Positions 14,766-29,245 of a stretch of 64,000 nt of DNA are shown here, piece after piece. Numbering within the stretch: position 1 is the first letter of the stretch; every line of letters begins with the position of its first letter. The notes beneath the pieces are model-generated. The model was not told the origin of the DNA. It worked only from the letters and a program-made list of their open reading frames with translations, and did not search any database. The position numbers and the translations under genes were made by a program. Origin of the DNA: Eledone cirrhosa (taxonomy: Eukaryota); assembly GCA_964016885.1 (NCBI GenBank), contig OZ024747.1:11656001-11720000 (forward strand). The letters run 5' to 3'.

Positions 14766-15822
14766 AGGTAAAACACCAAGTGTCGTCTGTTTTGCTTCCG
14801 TGAACCAACCAAACGTAGCAGACGACAACGTGATAGTTCTATGTTTTTTCTCTCTCCCTCCCTCTTTCTCTCTCAGTGTGGTGCAGGAAACCATACTACA
14901 TCTTCTTCCCAACTGATTGGACTGGCAGAAATAACTAACTAAACGCATCCATTACGACCAACATCAACATCAACACCAAGAACTACTGCCATTCCGACAA
15001 CAGCGATATCAGTAGCACCATCGTCCTCAGTAAATAACGAGGTGAGAGGGAAAAAATAAGAATAAAGTTATTCCTTATCTATCCTCTGTTTAAGAAAAGA
15101 CAAACACACAAATAAAATAAAACATAAAAACAACTACCACAACGCCGACATCGATAATATCATCATCATCAGTTTAAAAAAATAAAGGAGAGAGAAAATA
15201 TTTAAAAAAAAGTTATTCACAATCTATCTCTTGTTAAAGAAAATACAACAACCACACCGCCGACACCAACGATATCACCAACGCCATCATCCTCAGTAAA
15301 GAGAGAATATATATAAAATAATAAAAGTTCTTCTCTATCGTCTGCTAAAGAAAATACTATGGACTTTGACGAGTATCGCCTGAGAGGTAGGGAATTTTTT
15401 CTACTTTCTTCCCCACTTTGCTATCCTATGAAAATATTTCCTAATTTAGTTTCTTTTTTGAATTGCTTTTTTTTTGTTGTTAGAAGTTATTTCCTTCTTT
15501 CAAATAAAAATGGGTTTATTAAATGGAATTTATTTTTTAATGGAATTTCTTTCCGTTTTGAAATTTTTTGAAAGAAATTTCTGAGAGGAGTTCATAGCAG
15601 TGGCAAATTAAGATGTCGCCGGGGACCTTGCGTATTTATTCATAGGAGCAACAAATTAATTTGGGGTACTTTGAGTGATGGTGGTCACTGTTTGCAGACC
15701 AAGCAGCCGCCACTAGCTCTGTCAATATATTTTTTAGCCTAATATTTAATCTAACAGCTGAGTTATATAGTGCCTAAAATAACAAAATCATTTCTAGATA
15801 TTCTTTGGTCGATTTCATCCAT

Positions 15823-15965
15823 TAGACAGCGGCCCTACTGGGGTACCACCTTTCACTCATTAGACAGCGGCCTTGCTGGGGCTTCACCTTTCAGTCACTA
15901 GACAGCGGCCATGCTAAGGTACCACCTTTCGGCGAATAGACAGCGGCCATACTGGGGTACCACGT
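15823..15965. repeat. ~38-bp tandem repeat x4 derived from a SINE end
   Basis: TAGACAGCGGCC..CTGGGGTACCACCTTTC units; single related copy at ~62237-62268. Confidence 0.7.
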
Positions 15966-16111
15966 TTATTTCGTCGGTCAAATCGGTTCCGGATCATTTT
16001 TTTTTTTCAAGTTTGATACTTATTTCATCGATTTTTTTTTCATCCAACAACTATATTACCGGATATAAACTCAGACACAATGTCTATATATGTAGTGTGT
16101 GTATAAACATG

Positions 16112-16164
<53 letters not shown>

Positions 16165-16308
16165 TTCTCTCCGTCTTTTTCTAATTGTCCTTAACACTAT
16201 GACTTATTAAAATAATATAAACAACTCACTATCCGGATGGCTTCCAAAAATAATGGTTGCATTTTAATAGGGTACGTCAAAGCTTATTTGTAAAACTGTT
16301 ATATATTG

Positions 16309-16373
16309 TATTTTGTCTGATGAAGGCATACCATAATTTAATTTGGTATCCCTGAAATATGTATAATGAAATA
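16309..16373 (+). ncRNA. Type I hammerhead ribozyme motif in a pLTR-like fragment (about 16235-16413)
   Basis: TATTTTGT-CTGATGA-AGGCATACCA..TGGTATCCCT-GAAA-TATGTA-TA-ATGAAATA; family copies at 45200 and, degenerate, ~17988. Confidence 0.8.
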
Positions 16374-16412
16374 GATATGGTTTTATAAATATAGTTTCCA
16401 TTTATTAATATC

Positions 16413-16522
<110 letters not shown>

Positions 16523-16524
16523 GT

Positions 16525-16969
<445 letters not shown>

Positions 16970-17046
16970 TACATATATATATACATATATACATACATAT
17001 ACATATTCATATATACATATACATATATACATATTCATATATACAT

Positions 17047-17109
<63 letters not shown>

Positions 17110-17290
17110 CATATTTACATATGCATATATACATATATATACATATATACATATACATATATATATATACATATACACATACATTCACATACATATATAT
17201 ATATACATATACATATACACATACATATATATACATATACACATACATATATATACATATACACATACATATATATATATATATACACAT

Positions 17291-17321
<31 letters not shown>

Positions 17322-17909
17322 CATATACACATACATATATATATATACATATATATATATACACATATACATATACATATACACATACATATATATATAT
17401 ATATATATTCATATATATATACACATACATATATACATATATACATACATACGTAGATATATACATATATACATACATATATACATATATACATATATAC
17501 ATATATACATAGATATATACATACACATATACATATATACATACATATATACATATATACATATATACATACATATATACATATATACATATATACATAC
17601 ATATATACATACATATATAGATATATACATACATATATACATATATACATATATACATACATATATACATACATATATAGATATATACATACATATATAG
17701 ATATATACATACATATATACATATATACATACATATATACATATATACATACATATATAGATATATACATATATACATACATATGTAGATATATACATAT
17801 ATACATACATATATACATATATACATATATATGTAGAGGTTATATTTAATTTGTTGGGATACAAAAAGCAAAATATTTTTATAACTGATATAAAGCACTC
17901 AACAAATTA

Positions 17910-18097
17910 CTATCCAGGAGATTCCAACCAGAATGGTTGCATTTTTTCAGGGTATGTCAATATCTATTTATAAAACTAACCTATATTATATTTTATCTAA
18001 TGAAAGCGCATCATAGTTTGCCTTGCTGGCCCTTGAAATATGTATAATGAAATAAATATGGTTTTATAAATATAGTTTCCATTTGTTAATATATTGT
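17910..18097 (+). mobile_element. Degenerate copy of the 16235-16413 hammerhead pLTR family
   Basis: Alignable throughout; core decayed to CTAATGA. Confidence 0.7.
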
Positions 18098-18200
18098 ATA
18101 TACATATATATATACATATATACATATATATGTACATCTATACATACATATATACATATATATATACATATATATATATATACATATATACATATATATA

Positions 18201-18345
18201 CATGGTTGCTGCCAACTCGTTTTCGAGTACGGCCACAACTTTATATCGATGTAAGAGAACCCCTACCGATGCGCTGAACAAGTGTGACTTTTTAGTCCAG
18301 CCAGCGACTTGAAAACTCTGGTACAAACACTACACTTGTGACAAT
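18201..18345 (-). mobile_element. RTE/BovB-like LINE 3' end with C-terminal C2H2-type finger
   Basis: [18 protein letters not shown] then stop, short 3' UTR with ACTCG-AAAA-CGAGT hairpin, (ATGT)-type tail; second copy at 37261-37345 (+). Confidence 0.65.
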
Positions 18346-18957
18346 TATTGACACTTAGTGCTGGGCCCATGGTACCATGTAACGACAAGTGCAGAGATAT
18401 CTGATATAACACCTGCAACCCTGATGGTATCCAATGATGTTGACTTGTTCTTCTTTTTGGTAAATCATCTTGGTTAAGAGAGTGGGACTGGCTTTGTGCA
18501 GTGCCTTTGCTTATTATAAAAGCTTCACGGCACAGGCATTGCTTTATATATATACATACATAGATATATACATACATACACACATATATACATACATATA
18601 TACATATATATATATACATATACATATATACATATATATATATACATATACATATATATATATACATATACATATATATATACATATATATATATACATA
18701 TATATACATATTTATATATATATATATACATATATTTATATATATATATATGTATACATATACATATATATGTACATATATATATATACATATATTTATA
18801 TATACATATATATATACATATACATATATATACATATACATATATATATATACATATACATATATATATATACATATATATACATATATATACATATATA
18901 TATACATATATATACATACATATACATATATACATATATATACATATATATATATAC

Positions 18958-18991
<34 letters not shown>

Positions 18992-19026
18992 CATACATAT
19001 ATATATACACATATATATATATTAAT

Positions 19027-19138
19027 TGTTTCTACTTTTGGCACAAGGCCAGCAATTATCCCAGTGCATTACTGGTACTTTATTTTATCGACCCCGTAAG
19101 GATGAAAGGCAAAGTCAACCTCGGCGGGATTTGAACTC
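19027..19138 (-). mobile_element. SINE family A, 3' half
   Basis: Matches the family A core and tail. Confidence 0.8.
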
Positions 19139-19373
19139 ATATATATATATATTAATGTATATAAATATATTTATATGTACACATATATATATATATATAT
19201 GTACATATATATATATATATACACATGTATGTATATGTAGATATATATCTAACTATATATGTAAATGTATATGTATATATATATATATGTACATGTATGT
19301 ATATGTATACACGTATATATATATATGTATATATATATATATGTGTATATATGTATACACATATACACATATA

Positions 19374-19965
19374 TGACCACTGTTGTCCACTGTGGTCTCC
19401 CCACACGAAACAAAGTATCATGAAACTTGAAGCTCCTCAAAGGGCAATCACGAAAAAGATAGATGGCATGTCAGACCTTGACTACTGGGGTCGATTGGAA
19501 AATCTGAAACTTTACTCACTCCAACGTCGCCGTGAGCGTTATATTATCTGCATGATGTGGAAAATGTTCCATCATCACTGCCCAAATGATGTTGGCATCG
19601 CCTTCAAGATACACCCAAGGCTTGGGCCCCGTGCTATCCGTCCCATTCAAAAATCTAAATCGCAACTCATAACAACAATACGGCACAATTATTTCACCTC
19701 AATCGGCCCTGCTCTCTTCAACATCACACCAGGACACGTCAAAACAGAAACTGACCACACAAAATTCAAGAAGTCTTTGGACAAATTCCTCCAAGTAATC
19801 CCGGACAAACCACCCACACCCGGATATGTCTCCGCAAACAGTAATTCTCTTCTCGAATGGGCCATGGTGCCCAAATCCTGAATTGAAAGACTTCGCCAGG
19901 TGGTGCTATTAAGTTAGACATGGCCTGGGCCAATACTGGCCAAAACATTTCAAAGTTATTCAAAG
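19374..19965 (+). mobile_element. CR1/L2-group LINE 3' end (post-RT region + 3' UTR)
   Basis: [69 protein letters not shown]; short TTCAAAG tail repeat. Confidence 0.85.
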
Positions 19966-20253
19966 TATATATATATATGTATATATGTATATATATATAT
20001 ATATATGTATATAAATGTATATATATATATATGTATATATATGTATATATATGTATATATATATATATATATGTATGTATATATCTATATATATATATGT
20101 ATATATATATCTATATATATATACATATTTATATATGTATATGTATATATATATATATGTATATATCTCTATATATATATGCATGTATATATATGTATAT
20201 GTATATATATATATGTATATATATGTATAGATATATATAAGCATATATATATA

Positions 20254-20300
<47 letters not shown>

Positions 20301-20341
20301 TTATATATATGTATATATATATATATATGTGTGTATATATG

Positions 20342-20380
<39 letters not shown>

Positions 20381-20500
20381 TTATATATATGTATATATAT
20401 ATATATATGTGTGTATATATGTATGTATATATATATATATGTATATATATATATGTAAAAGCAATCAAAGAACGCCTACATACTCATACAATTTTTATTT

Positions 20501-20545
20501 GCTCACAATGTTTCATCCATACCATTGGGCAGGAATCATCAGAGA
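20501..20545 (-). ncRNA. Degenerate hammerhead motif
   Basis: Minus strand: TCT-CTGATGA-TTCC..GGAT-GAAA-CATTG-TG-AG; G at the cleavage position and weak stem I, so likely inactive; ~45 nt from (TA)n. Confidence 0.55.
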
Positions 20546-21057
20546 TGTATAAACAAAAATACCGTGCTGTGTATAAGCTCTACCGAGCTTAGTCGCATAA
20601 ACATTAGAAATACAATAGAGGGTAACAAGAGATCGTGAATGGCGAGTATGGAGAGAGTGCATAGTGGGGTTTTTATTCAGCACTACAGCTAAATGCAATG
20701 GTACAGGCAGATATTTTCACAAGATGCAGAAGCACGTGAGGACACATAAATGCAAAAAGTATAAACAATAGTTAAAATATATTATAAAAAGTAAAAGGAA
20801 AATAATAATATAAAGAGATAAAAAAAAAAAATTAAAAAAGAAAAAAGAAAGTTTTAAAGCAAACAAAAAAACAGAGGAAGCTATGCGTTGGTCACTATAT
20901 ATAACAGGTGATTTAGCTCTCCATAACTTAAAGTTATAGAAATACTAAAAGGCTCCCAAGGTATCTTCAGAAAGCCCAAATGGGATTTTTCCTCCCCATA
21001 GTATACATAATATATATATATAAATATATATACATAATATATATATATATATATATA

Positions 21058-21157
21058 CAGGGTATCACAAAGAATGTATACATATTTTAACAGCATTCTA
21101 ATAAATTTTGTCTCCACAGGTAATCAAAATGTGAATACACTTTTTAGGGAGACCCTG
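21058..21157. mobile_element. 100-bp Tc1/mariner-type MITE
   Basis: TA|CAGGG..CCCTG|TA with ~30-bp imperfect TIRs. Confidence 0.7.
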
Positions 21158-21160
21158 TAC

Positions 21161-21231
<71 letters not shown>

Positions 21232-21468
21232 CGTAACACACACGCACACACACACACATATATATATATATAACACATATAGATATAGATATATATATAT
21301 ATAACACATATATATATATAATACATATATAGAGATATATATGTATATAACACACATACATATATATATAACACATATATACACATAAATATGTAACACA
21401 TATATACACATAAATATATAACATATATATACACATAAATATATAACATATATACATATAAATATATA

Positions 21469-21517
<49 letters not shown>

Positions 21518-21733
21518 TATATATATATAAAACATACAAACATATGTATAACACATATATACACATCTAATATATAACATATATATACATATAAATATAT
21601 AATATACATATATACATATAAATATATAATATATTTATATATATATATATATGAAACATACATATATATATATATAAAACATACATATATATATATAACA
21701 TACATACATATATATAAAACATAGATATATATA

Positions 21734-21830
<97 letters not shown>

Positions 21831-22230
21831 GTAATAATAATAAATTTGAAGACTAAAATCCAAAGAGGGCTCGATAAGGATAAATATATGTCAAATATAT
21901 AAGAACCGTAGAGCAAATATTTATTAAAATAACAGATTAAGGTTTAAGCAAAGAATCGCTGCTTTCACCCTTAACGGGATCTTCTGAAACTAACAAAGTC
22001 AATCTGTGAACGCAGAAGTGAATATTTCGAAAAACGTTGCGACCGGAGGAAGACAGGAAGACGATACTTTGGTTCGTGGAAACGTTCCCTGGCAAAGAAC
22101 GGGAAAAAACGAACATAATACGTCATTATTTGGAGCGGTGAGAACAATTACTTTGTTAGTTTCAGAAGATCCCGTTAAGGGTGAAAGCAGCGATTCTTTG
22201 CTTAAACTTTAATCTGTTATTTTAATAAAT
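21831..22230. mobile_element. CAGAAGA-hammerhead family, divergent inverted pair
   Basis: Variant HHR on minus (21941-21991) and plus (22158-22208) strands; both ends run into (TA)n. Confidence 0.8.
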
Positions 22231-22231
22231 A

Positions 22232-22265
<34 letters not shown>

Positions 22266-22337
22266 GCATACACATATATATATAGCATACATATATATAG
22301 TATACATATATATATATAACATACATATATACAATGC

Positions 22338-23641
22338 TACGACTGGGTACGGAAGCAACTGCTAGACAGCTCACATGTGGACGTGATATATCTTGACTTT
22401 GCGAAGGCCTTTGACAAGGTCGACCACGGAATGATATGTCACAAACTACACAGACTCGGCAAAACTGGAAAAGTAGGTGAGTGGCTGCATGATTTCTTAA
22501 AAGTCAGAAGCCTGACAGTCGCAACAAACGGGGCCCTCTCAAAGGAAACATCAATAACAAGTGGGGTGTCCCAGGGCACAGTCTTGGGACCACTATTCCT
22601 TTTGGTGGCTCTCTCAGACATGCCCTCTGTAGTACATACAACATTCCTCACTAGCTATGCTGATTACACTAAGGTAGCACGGGCAATCACAAACCCGGAT
22701 GATGCTGCCCTTTTACAACAAGATCTGGATGCCATATACAAATGGGCGGAAGACAACAACATGCAGTTTAATGCTGGAAAATTTCAAGCCCTACAATACC
22801 AACCTGCAAACACAAATATAGTACAACACAGCTACACTGGACCAGAAGGGATCAAAATTCCCGTGTCGAAATCGATACGAGACCTGGGAATAGACATGAG
22901 CGACGATGCATCTTTTTCCTCACACATCATGAGGGTGGCGACAATGTGCAAACAACTCGCTGGCTGGATCTTGAGGACTTTCCGGACAAGAGACCGAGAG
23001 ACCATGTTGATACTATGGAGGATATTTGTCCTAAGCCACCTGGACTATTGCTCTCAGTTGTGGTCACCCCATAGTATCAAACTAACCACGGAGCTCGAGG
23101 CAATCCAACGAAGCTACACCAAGAGGATTGCGACGATGAAGGAGATAAGCTACTGGGAGAGGCTAAAATAACTGAAACTCTACTCCTTGGAAGGAAGACG
23201 GGAGAGATACGCAGTGATCTACATGTGGAAAATCCTGGAGGGACTAGCACCAAACTTTGGCATTGGGAGCTGGACCAACCTCCGAACGGGACATCACTGT
23301 GTGGTGTCAAAGGTCCCGTCTTCCACATCTAGAATAAGGAGCAGATACTGCAATAGCCTGGGATTCAAAGGCTCTCAACTCTTCAACAAGCTGCCGAGGG
23401 ATTTGAGAGATCTGCATGGTGTGGACGTGGATGTTTTCAGGAAACATTTCGACCACCTGCTATCCAGGATCCCGGATGAACCCACAGCACGGTACGAAGG
23501 TAACCTAAGGGCAGCAGCAACGAACTACCTCTTGCACCAATGGCCAACCAACACAGTCTGGAGGGAGAATGTGTAGCAACAAGGGCGGTGCCCCAACATG
23601 GCCTCAGCCGGATGGCTGGAACAAGTAAAAGAGTAAAAGAG
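22338..23641 (+). mobile_element. CR1/L2-group LINE, 5'-truncated; RT pseudogene
   Basis: VIYLDFAKAFDKVDH, SGVSQGTVLGP, catalytic YADD mutated to YADY, IRDLGI, LDYCSQLWSP; in-frame stop at 23169-23171; (GTAAAAGA)2 tail. Confidence 0.92.
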
Positions 23642-24027
23642 ATATAACATACATATATATATATCTAAAATAAGGCATAGTCTAATGAAAGGGAAGGTCA
23701 GATTAAAGTACTTGAAAAGAAAGGAACTTCACAAGCGTCTCACCCTAAGGATAGATTACTTGTTGAATTCTCTACCTTTGGGTCACTTATTTTAAAGTAC
23801 TTTGTTTTTATCTATACCTCATTTCAGAGACAAGAGATGGACTATTAGAGTATCAGAAGGGGCAGAGGTCAGGTAATCTGACCCGATAACTCAGCCGTAC
23901 ATTGTCCAATATGGCCAGAAATAGGAAGCGGTGGTGGTCTACTCGAACAGGAGTAAGAAGGCCCTGGATTTTGGATATATATAGTGTGTGTGTGCACGCG
24001 TGTATGTGTGAGTCCCGTGATCAATCA

Positions 24028-24122
24028 GGGGTATCCACAGTTAGTAAGGTACTCAATACATTAGTAGAGTGTAAATAGAGTTTAATATAAAAATGTCTTC
24101 TGCAGGACTAGAACTGTTTCAT
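24028..24122 (-). mobile_element. Diverged fragment of the 47399-47586 hammerhead family (3' half)
   Basis: CAGGACTAGAACTGTTTCATT and AAGGTACTCAATACA shared with the 47399 element. Confidence 0.65.
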
Positions 24123-24219
24123 TGAGAAGAATTCTTATATGTTTTCTCTTTCTCTTAATTTCGAGTATATTTTTTTGACCGGCCACCTTCCTGGTGGCAA
24201 GGTTGTAAAAGAAAAGAAA

Positions 24220-24867
24220 TTGTATGTATATATGTATGTATGTATATATGTATGTATGTATGTGTGTATGTGTGTGTGTGTGTATGTATATGTGTGTGTA
24301 TGTGTCTGTGTGTGTGTGTGTATGTATGTGTGTGTATGTATGTGTGCATGTATGTGTGTGCATGTATGTGTGTATGTATGTGTCTGTGTATGTATGTGTG
24401 TGTATGTATGTGTGTGTATGTATGTATGTGTATGTATGTGTGTGTGTGTGTGTGTGTGTATGTGTGTGTATGTATGTGTGTGTATGTATGTGTGTGTGTA
24501 TGTGTCTGTGTATGTGTGTGTATGTGTGTGTATGTATGTGTGTGTATGTATGTGTGTGTGTGTATGTGTCTGTGTATGTGTGTGTATGTATGTCTGTGTA
24601 TGTATGTGTGTGTATGTGTCTGTGTATGTGTGTGTATGTATGTGTGTGTATGTATGTGTGTGTGTATGTGTCTGTGTATGTGTGTGTATGTATGTGTGTG
24701 TATGTGTGTGTGTGTATGTATGTGTGTGTGTGTATGCATGTATGTGTGTGTGTGTGTGTATGTGTGTGTGTGTGTATGTGTGTGTATGTATGTATGTATA
24801 TGTGTGTGTGTATGTGTGTATGTGTGTGTGTGTGTATGTGTGTGTATGTATGTATGTATGTGTGTGT

Positions 24868-24909
<42 letters not shown>

Positions 24910-26492
24910 CATCCGTCTGTTCCGACGCCGAGTATTCCAGTTGTTTCGTTATAAGAGAGGAGGGGGGGGGGGTAAAAAAACAAAAAAAGAGAAGTAAAAA
25001 ACAAAGAGGTTGTATATATAAACAATAGTAATGGATGAGAGGGGGAGGGTGGAAATAGGGGAGGGTGGAGAGGGGGATGGAGAGAGGAGGAGGAGGCATG
25101 AGGGGGTGGAGAGAGAGAGAGGGTGGATAGAGGAGGAGGGTGGAGAGAGTGGGAGGGTAGAGAGGGGGTGGAGAGAGGGGGAGGGTGGAGAGAGGAGTGG
25201 GTGGAGAGAGGGGGAGGGTGGAGAGAGGGTGGAGCGTGGAGAGAGAGAGAGGGGGGGGGGGTATGTTAAACTGTGTAATAGGATAGCTGAACTGGTGTGT
25301 GTTGTATTGAACAGGTAAAGTGTAAAGTAGAGAGAGAGAGGGGGGATATGGTAGTGATGAGACTGAGAGGGAGAGTGAGGAGAGAGAGTGTGTCTGTGAG
25401 AGAGAGTGAGAGTGCGTGTGTGTGAGAGAGAGAGAGAGAGGGTGTGTGTGCGTGCGTGAGAGGGAGTGAGAGAGAGTGTGTGTGTGTATGAGAGAGATAG
25501 TGTGTGTGTGTGTGTGTGTGTGAGAGAGATAGTGTGTGTGTGTGTATGAGAGAGAGAGAGAGAGTGTGTGTGTATGAGAGAGAGAGAGTGTGTGTGTGTA
25601 TGAGAGAGAGAGATTGTGTGTGTGTGTATGAGAGAGAGAGAGTGTGTGTGTGTATGAGAGAGAGAGTGTGTGTGTGTGTGTGTGTGTATGAGAGAGATAG
25701 TGTGTGTGTGTGTATGAGAGAGATAGTGTGTGTGTGTGTGTATGAGAGAGAGAGAGAGAGTGTGTGTGTATGAGAGAGAGAGAGTGTGTGTGTGTATGAG
25801 AGAGACAGAGTGTGTGTGTGTATGAGAGAGAGAGTGTGTGTGTATGAGCGAGAGAGAGAGTGTGTGTGTATGAGAGAGAGAGAGTGTGTGTGTGTATGAG
25901 AGAGAGAGAGTGTGTGTGTGTATGAGAGAGAGAGAGTGTGTGTGTGTATGAGCGAGAGAGAGAGTGTGTGTGTATGAGAGAGAGAGAGAGTGTGTGTGTG
26001 TATGAGAGAGAGAGAGAGTGTGTGTGTATGAGCGAGAGAGAGAGTGTGTGTGTGTATGAGAGAGAGAGAGAGTATGTGTGTATGAGAGAGAGAGAGTGTG
26101 TGTGTGTATGAGAGAGAGAGAGTGTGTGTGTGTATGAGAGAGAGTGTGTGTGTGTGTATGAGAGAGAGAGAGAGAGTGTGTGTGTGTGTATGAGAGAGAG
26201 AGAGTGTGTGTGTGTATGAGCGAGAGAGAGAGTGTGTGTGTGTATGAGAGAGAGAGAGTGTGTGTGTGTATGAGAGAGAGAGAGAGAGTGTGTGTATGAG
26301 AGAGAGAGAGAGTGTGTGTGTGTATTAGAGAGAGAGAGTGTGTGTGTGTATGAGAGAGAGTGTGTGTGTGTATGAGCGAGAGAGAGAGTGTGTGTGTGTA
26401 TGAGAGAGAGAGAGTGTGTGTGTGTATGAGAGAGAGAGAGAGAGAGTGTGTGTATGAGAGAGAGAGAGAGAGTGTGTGTGTGTATTAGAGAG
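24220..26492. repeat. Compound microsatellite/minisatellite field: (TG/TATG)n, purine-rich tract, (GA)n(GT)nAT units
   Basis: Directly visible. Confidence 0.9.
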
Positions 26493-26644
26493 ATAGGAAA
26501 CTAAGTGTATTTTTCTGTTGTTCAGTTCAGATGTAATCAGAGTCGAATCGAAACCTTTAAACGAACAGATTTAAAATAGAAGAAAATAGAAAAGGAACTA
26601 CTTTATATATGTAGCACACACACACACTCACACACAGACACACA

Positions 26645-26719
<75 letters not shown>

Positions 26720-26756
26720 ACACACATATATATATATATAGAGAGAGAGAGAATTG

Positions 26757-26844
<88 letters not shown>

Positions 26845-26851
<7 letters not shown>

Positions 26852-27265
26852 CCGAATAATAATAAATGAAGACATTCACATAATCAAAAAATATGTTTTA
26901 TTATATATATTTCGAAGGTACTGTGCTGTTTTTTTTTCTGTACGTCCTCGTCAGATAGAATACATGAATTGATGTATGACATATCTCAACGATTTTGAAA
27001 GTTCAATTTCTTTCATAGAACTTTCAAGACCGTTGAGATATGTCATACATCAATTCATGTATTTTATCTGACGAGGACGTACAGAAAAAAAACAGCACAG
27101 TACCTTCGAAATATATATAATAAAACATATTTTGATTATGTGAATGTCTTCATTTATTATTATTCTGAATAATAATAACTCCAGAAAACTTTTTTTGTAG
27201 AGTGCTTTTAATCTATTGTAAAACTTATATTCATTGAGTAATCAACGAACTATATTAATCTTTGG

Positions 27266-27270
<5 letters not shown>
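26845..27270. mobile_element. Divergent inverted pair with a complete hammerhead on each arm
   Basis: ~160-bp arms (about 26845-27004 and 27018-27175); plus HHR 27062-27125 TTTTAT-CTGACGA-GGACGTAC..GTACCTTC-GAAA-TATATA-TA-ATAAAA; mirror copy at ~26896-26960. Confidence 0.85.
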
Positions 27271-27312
<42 letters not shown>

Positions 27313-27315
<3 letters not shown>

Positions 27316-27525
27316 CGAAGGAAATGTGGTAAGGAACCAGGTGGACCATAACGTACCAAAGTACTCAATACTTAGGGTAGTAGAGTGGGTAATAGGAACG
27401 AGTACGACCCCGACGGCTGAGCTCAAGCCGTTTCGACGGCTAATTCTGGACTAAAATCATTTTGATTTTAGTCCAGAATTAGCCGTCGAAACGGCTTGAG
27501 CTCAGCCGTCGGGGCCCTACTCGTT

Positions 27526-27528
<3 letters not shown>
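27313..27528. mobile_element. AACGAAGGAAATG family palindromic element (hammerhead 3' halves on both strands)
   Basis: Inverted arms each contain GAAA-CGGCT-TGAGCTC-AGCCG-TC; in (TA)n. Confidence 0.75.
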
Positions 27529-27589
<61 letters not shown>

Positions 27590-27591
<2 letters not shown>

Positions 27592-28188
27592 AGAGAGAGA
27601 GGGATGGTACGCGTGTATATAAATATATGTGTGATTGTGTGTGAGAGAAAGAGAGTGTGTGTGTGTGTGTGTGAGTCTATGAGTGTGTGTAAGTGTGTGT
27701 GAGTGTGTGAGTGTGTGAGTGTGTGAGTGTGTGTGTGTGTATGTGAGTGTGTGTGTATGTGTGTGTATATATATATGAGAGAGAGAGAGGGGGTATTCGT
27801 GTATATACATATGTGTGATTGTGTGTGAGAGAAAGAGAGTGTGAGTGTGTGTGTGTGAGTCTATGAGTGTGTGTAAGTGTGTGTGAGTGTGTGAGTGTGT
27901 GAGTGTGTGAGTGTGTGTGTGTGTGTATGTGAGTGTGTGTGTATGTGTGTGTATATATATATGAGAGAGAGAGAGGGGGTATTCGTGTATATACATATGT
28001 GTGATTGTGTGTGAGAGAAAGAGAGTATGAGTGTGTGTGTGTGAGTCTATGAGTGTGTGTAAGTGTGTGTGAGTGTGTGAGTGTGTGAGTGTGTGAGTGT
28101 GTGTGTGTGTATGTGAGTGTGTGTGTATGTGTGTGTATATATATATGAGAGAGAGAGAGGGGGTATTCGTGTATATAAATATGTGTGA

Positions 28189-28229
<41 letters not shown>

Positions 28230-28470
28230 TGTGTGAGTGTATGTGTATGTGTGAGTGTGTGAGTGTGTGTATGTGTGTATGAGTGTGTATGTGTGTGTAT
28301 GTGTGTGTGAGTGTGTGTGTGTGTGTATGAGTGTGTGTGTATGAGTGTGAGTGTATGTGTGTGTATGTGTGTGTATGCGTGTATGTGTGTGTATGTGTGT
28401 GTATGAGTGTATGTGTGTGTATATATATATGAGAGAGAGAGAGGGGGTATTCGTGTATATAAATATGTGT

Positions 28471-28511
<41 letters not shown>

Positions 28512-28756
28512 TGTGTGAGTGTATGTGTATGTGTGAGTGTGTGAGTGTGTGTATGTGTGTATGAGTGTGTATGTGTGTGTATGAGTGTGTGAGTGTGTGT
28601 GTGTGTGTATGAGTGTGTGTGTATGAGTGTGAGTGTATGTGTGTGTATGTGTGTGTATGAGTGTATGTGTGTGTATGTGTGTGTATGAGTGTATGTGTGT
28701 GTATGAGGGTGTATGTGTATGAGTGTGAGAGTGTGTGTATGAGTGTATGTGTGTGT
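27590..28756. repeat. Compound GT/GA repeat with a ~185-bp higher-order unit
   Basis: GAGAGGGGGTATTCGTGTATAT anchor recurs at ~27785, 27970, 28155 and 28440. Confidence 0.8.
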
Positions 28757-29134
28757 AAACATTGTCAAAAGAGGGAAGCTACTAGTCGGAATTATCTAGA
28801 ATGTCTTATATCGACTCTAGTTTCTCCTGATCCATTTTAAAACCTCTAACAGTTTCCTTTCCGAGCTTTCTCTCATCACCGTACTTTACACTTTTTACAC
28901 CTAGTCCCCTCAATATACAGAGACAATTGGGGTGAGGTGGATTACACTACAGTAGTTCAAATATCTTAATATGCAATATAACCGTTTTGATACAAAACCG
29001 CCTGAAATTGCCCCCGTTTTTACGATATAAAACTGCTTGTTTTAAAGTGGTTCTTGGTTTTAAGTAAGAACATTTGTTAAGTTATGTTCCAAACGCCAAA
29101 TTAACGAGAAAGTTAACTATATTACTATTTATGA

Positions 29135-29245
29135 ACTTAGCTGCGGGATCAATTGGAGACAGTTGCTTCTGACAGGACTCACTGGAAGGAGAGTTTGAGG
29201 ACTCTGCCCCCACGACACTAAGGAATAAGTGGGTGAAGAAGAAGT
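29135..29245 (+). mobile_element. RTE-like LINE 3' end
   Basis: DQLETVASDRTHWKESLRTLPPRH then stop and (GAA)n tail. Confidence 0.5.

Noticed and set aside
18263-18345. Host C2H2 zinc-finger gene exon
   Set aside because: A single finger followed by a stop, hairpin and microsatellite tail, with a second dispersed copy, fits an RTE-type LINE C-terminus better.
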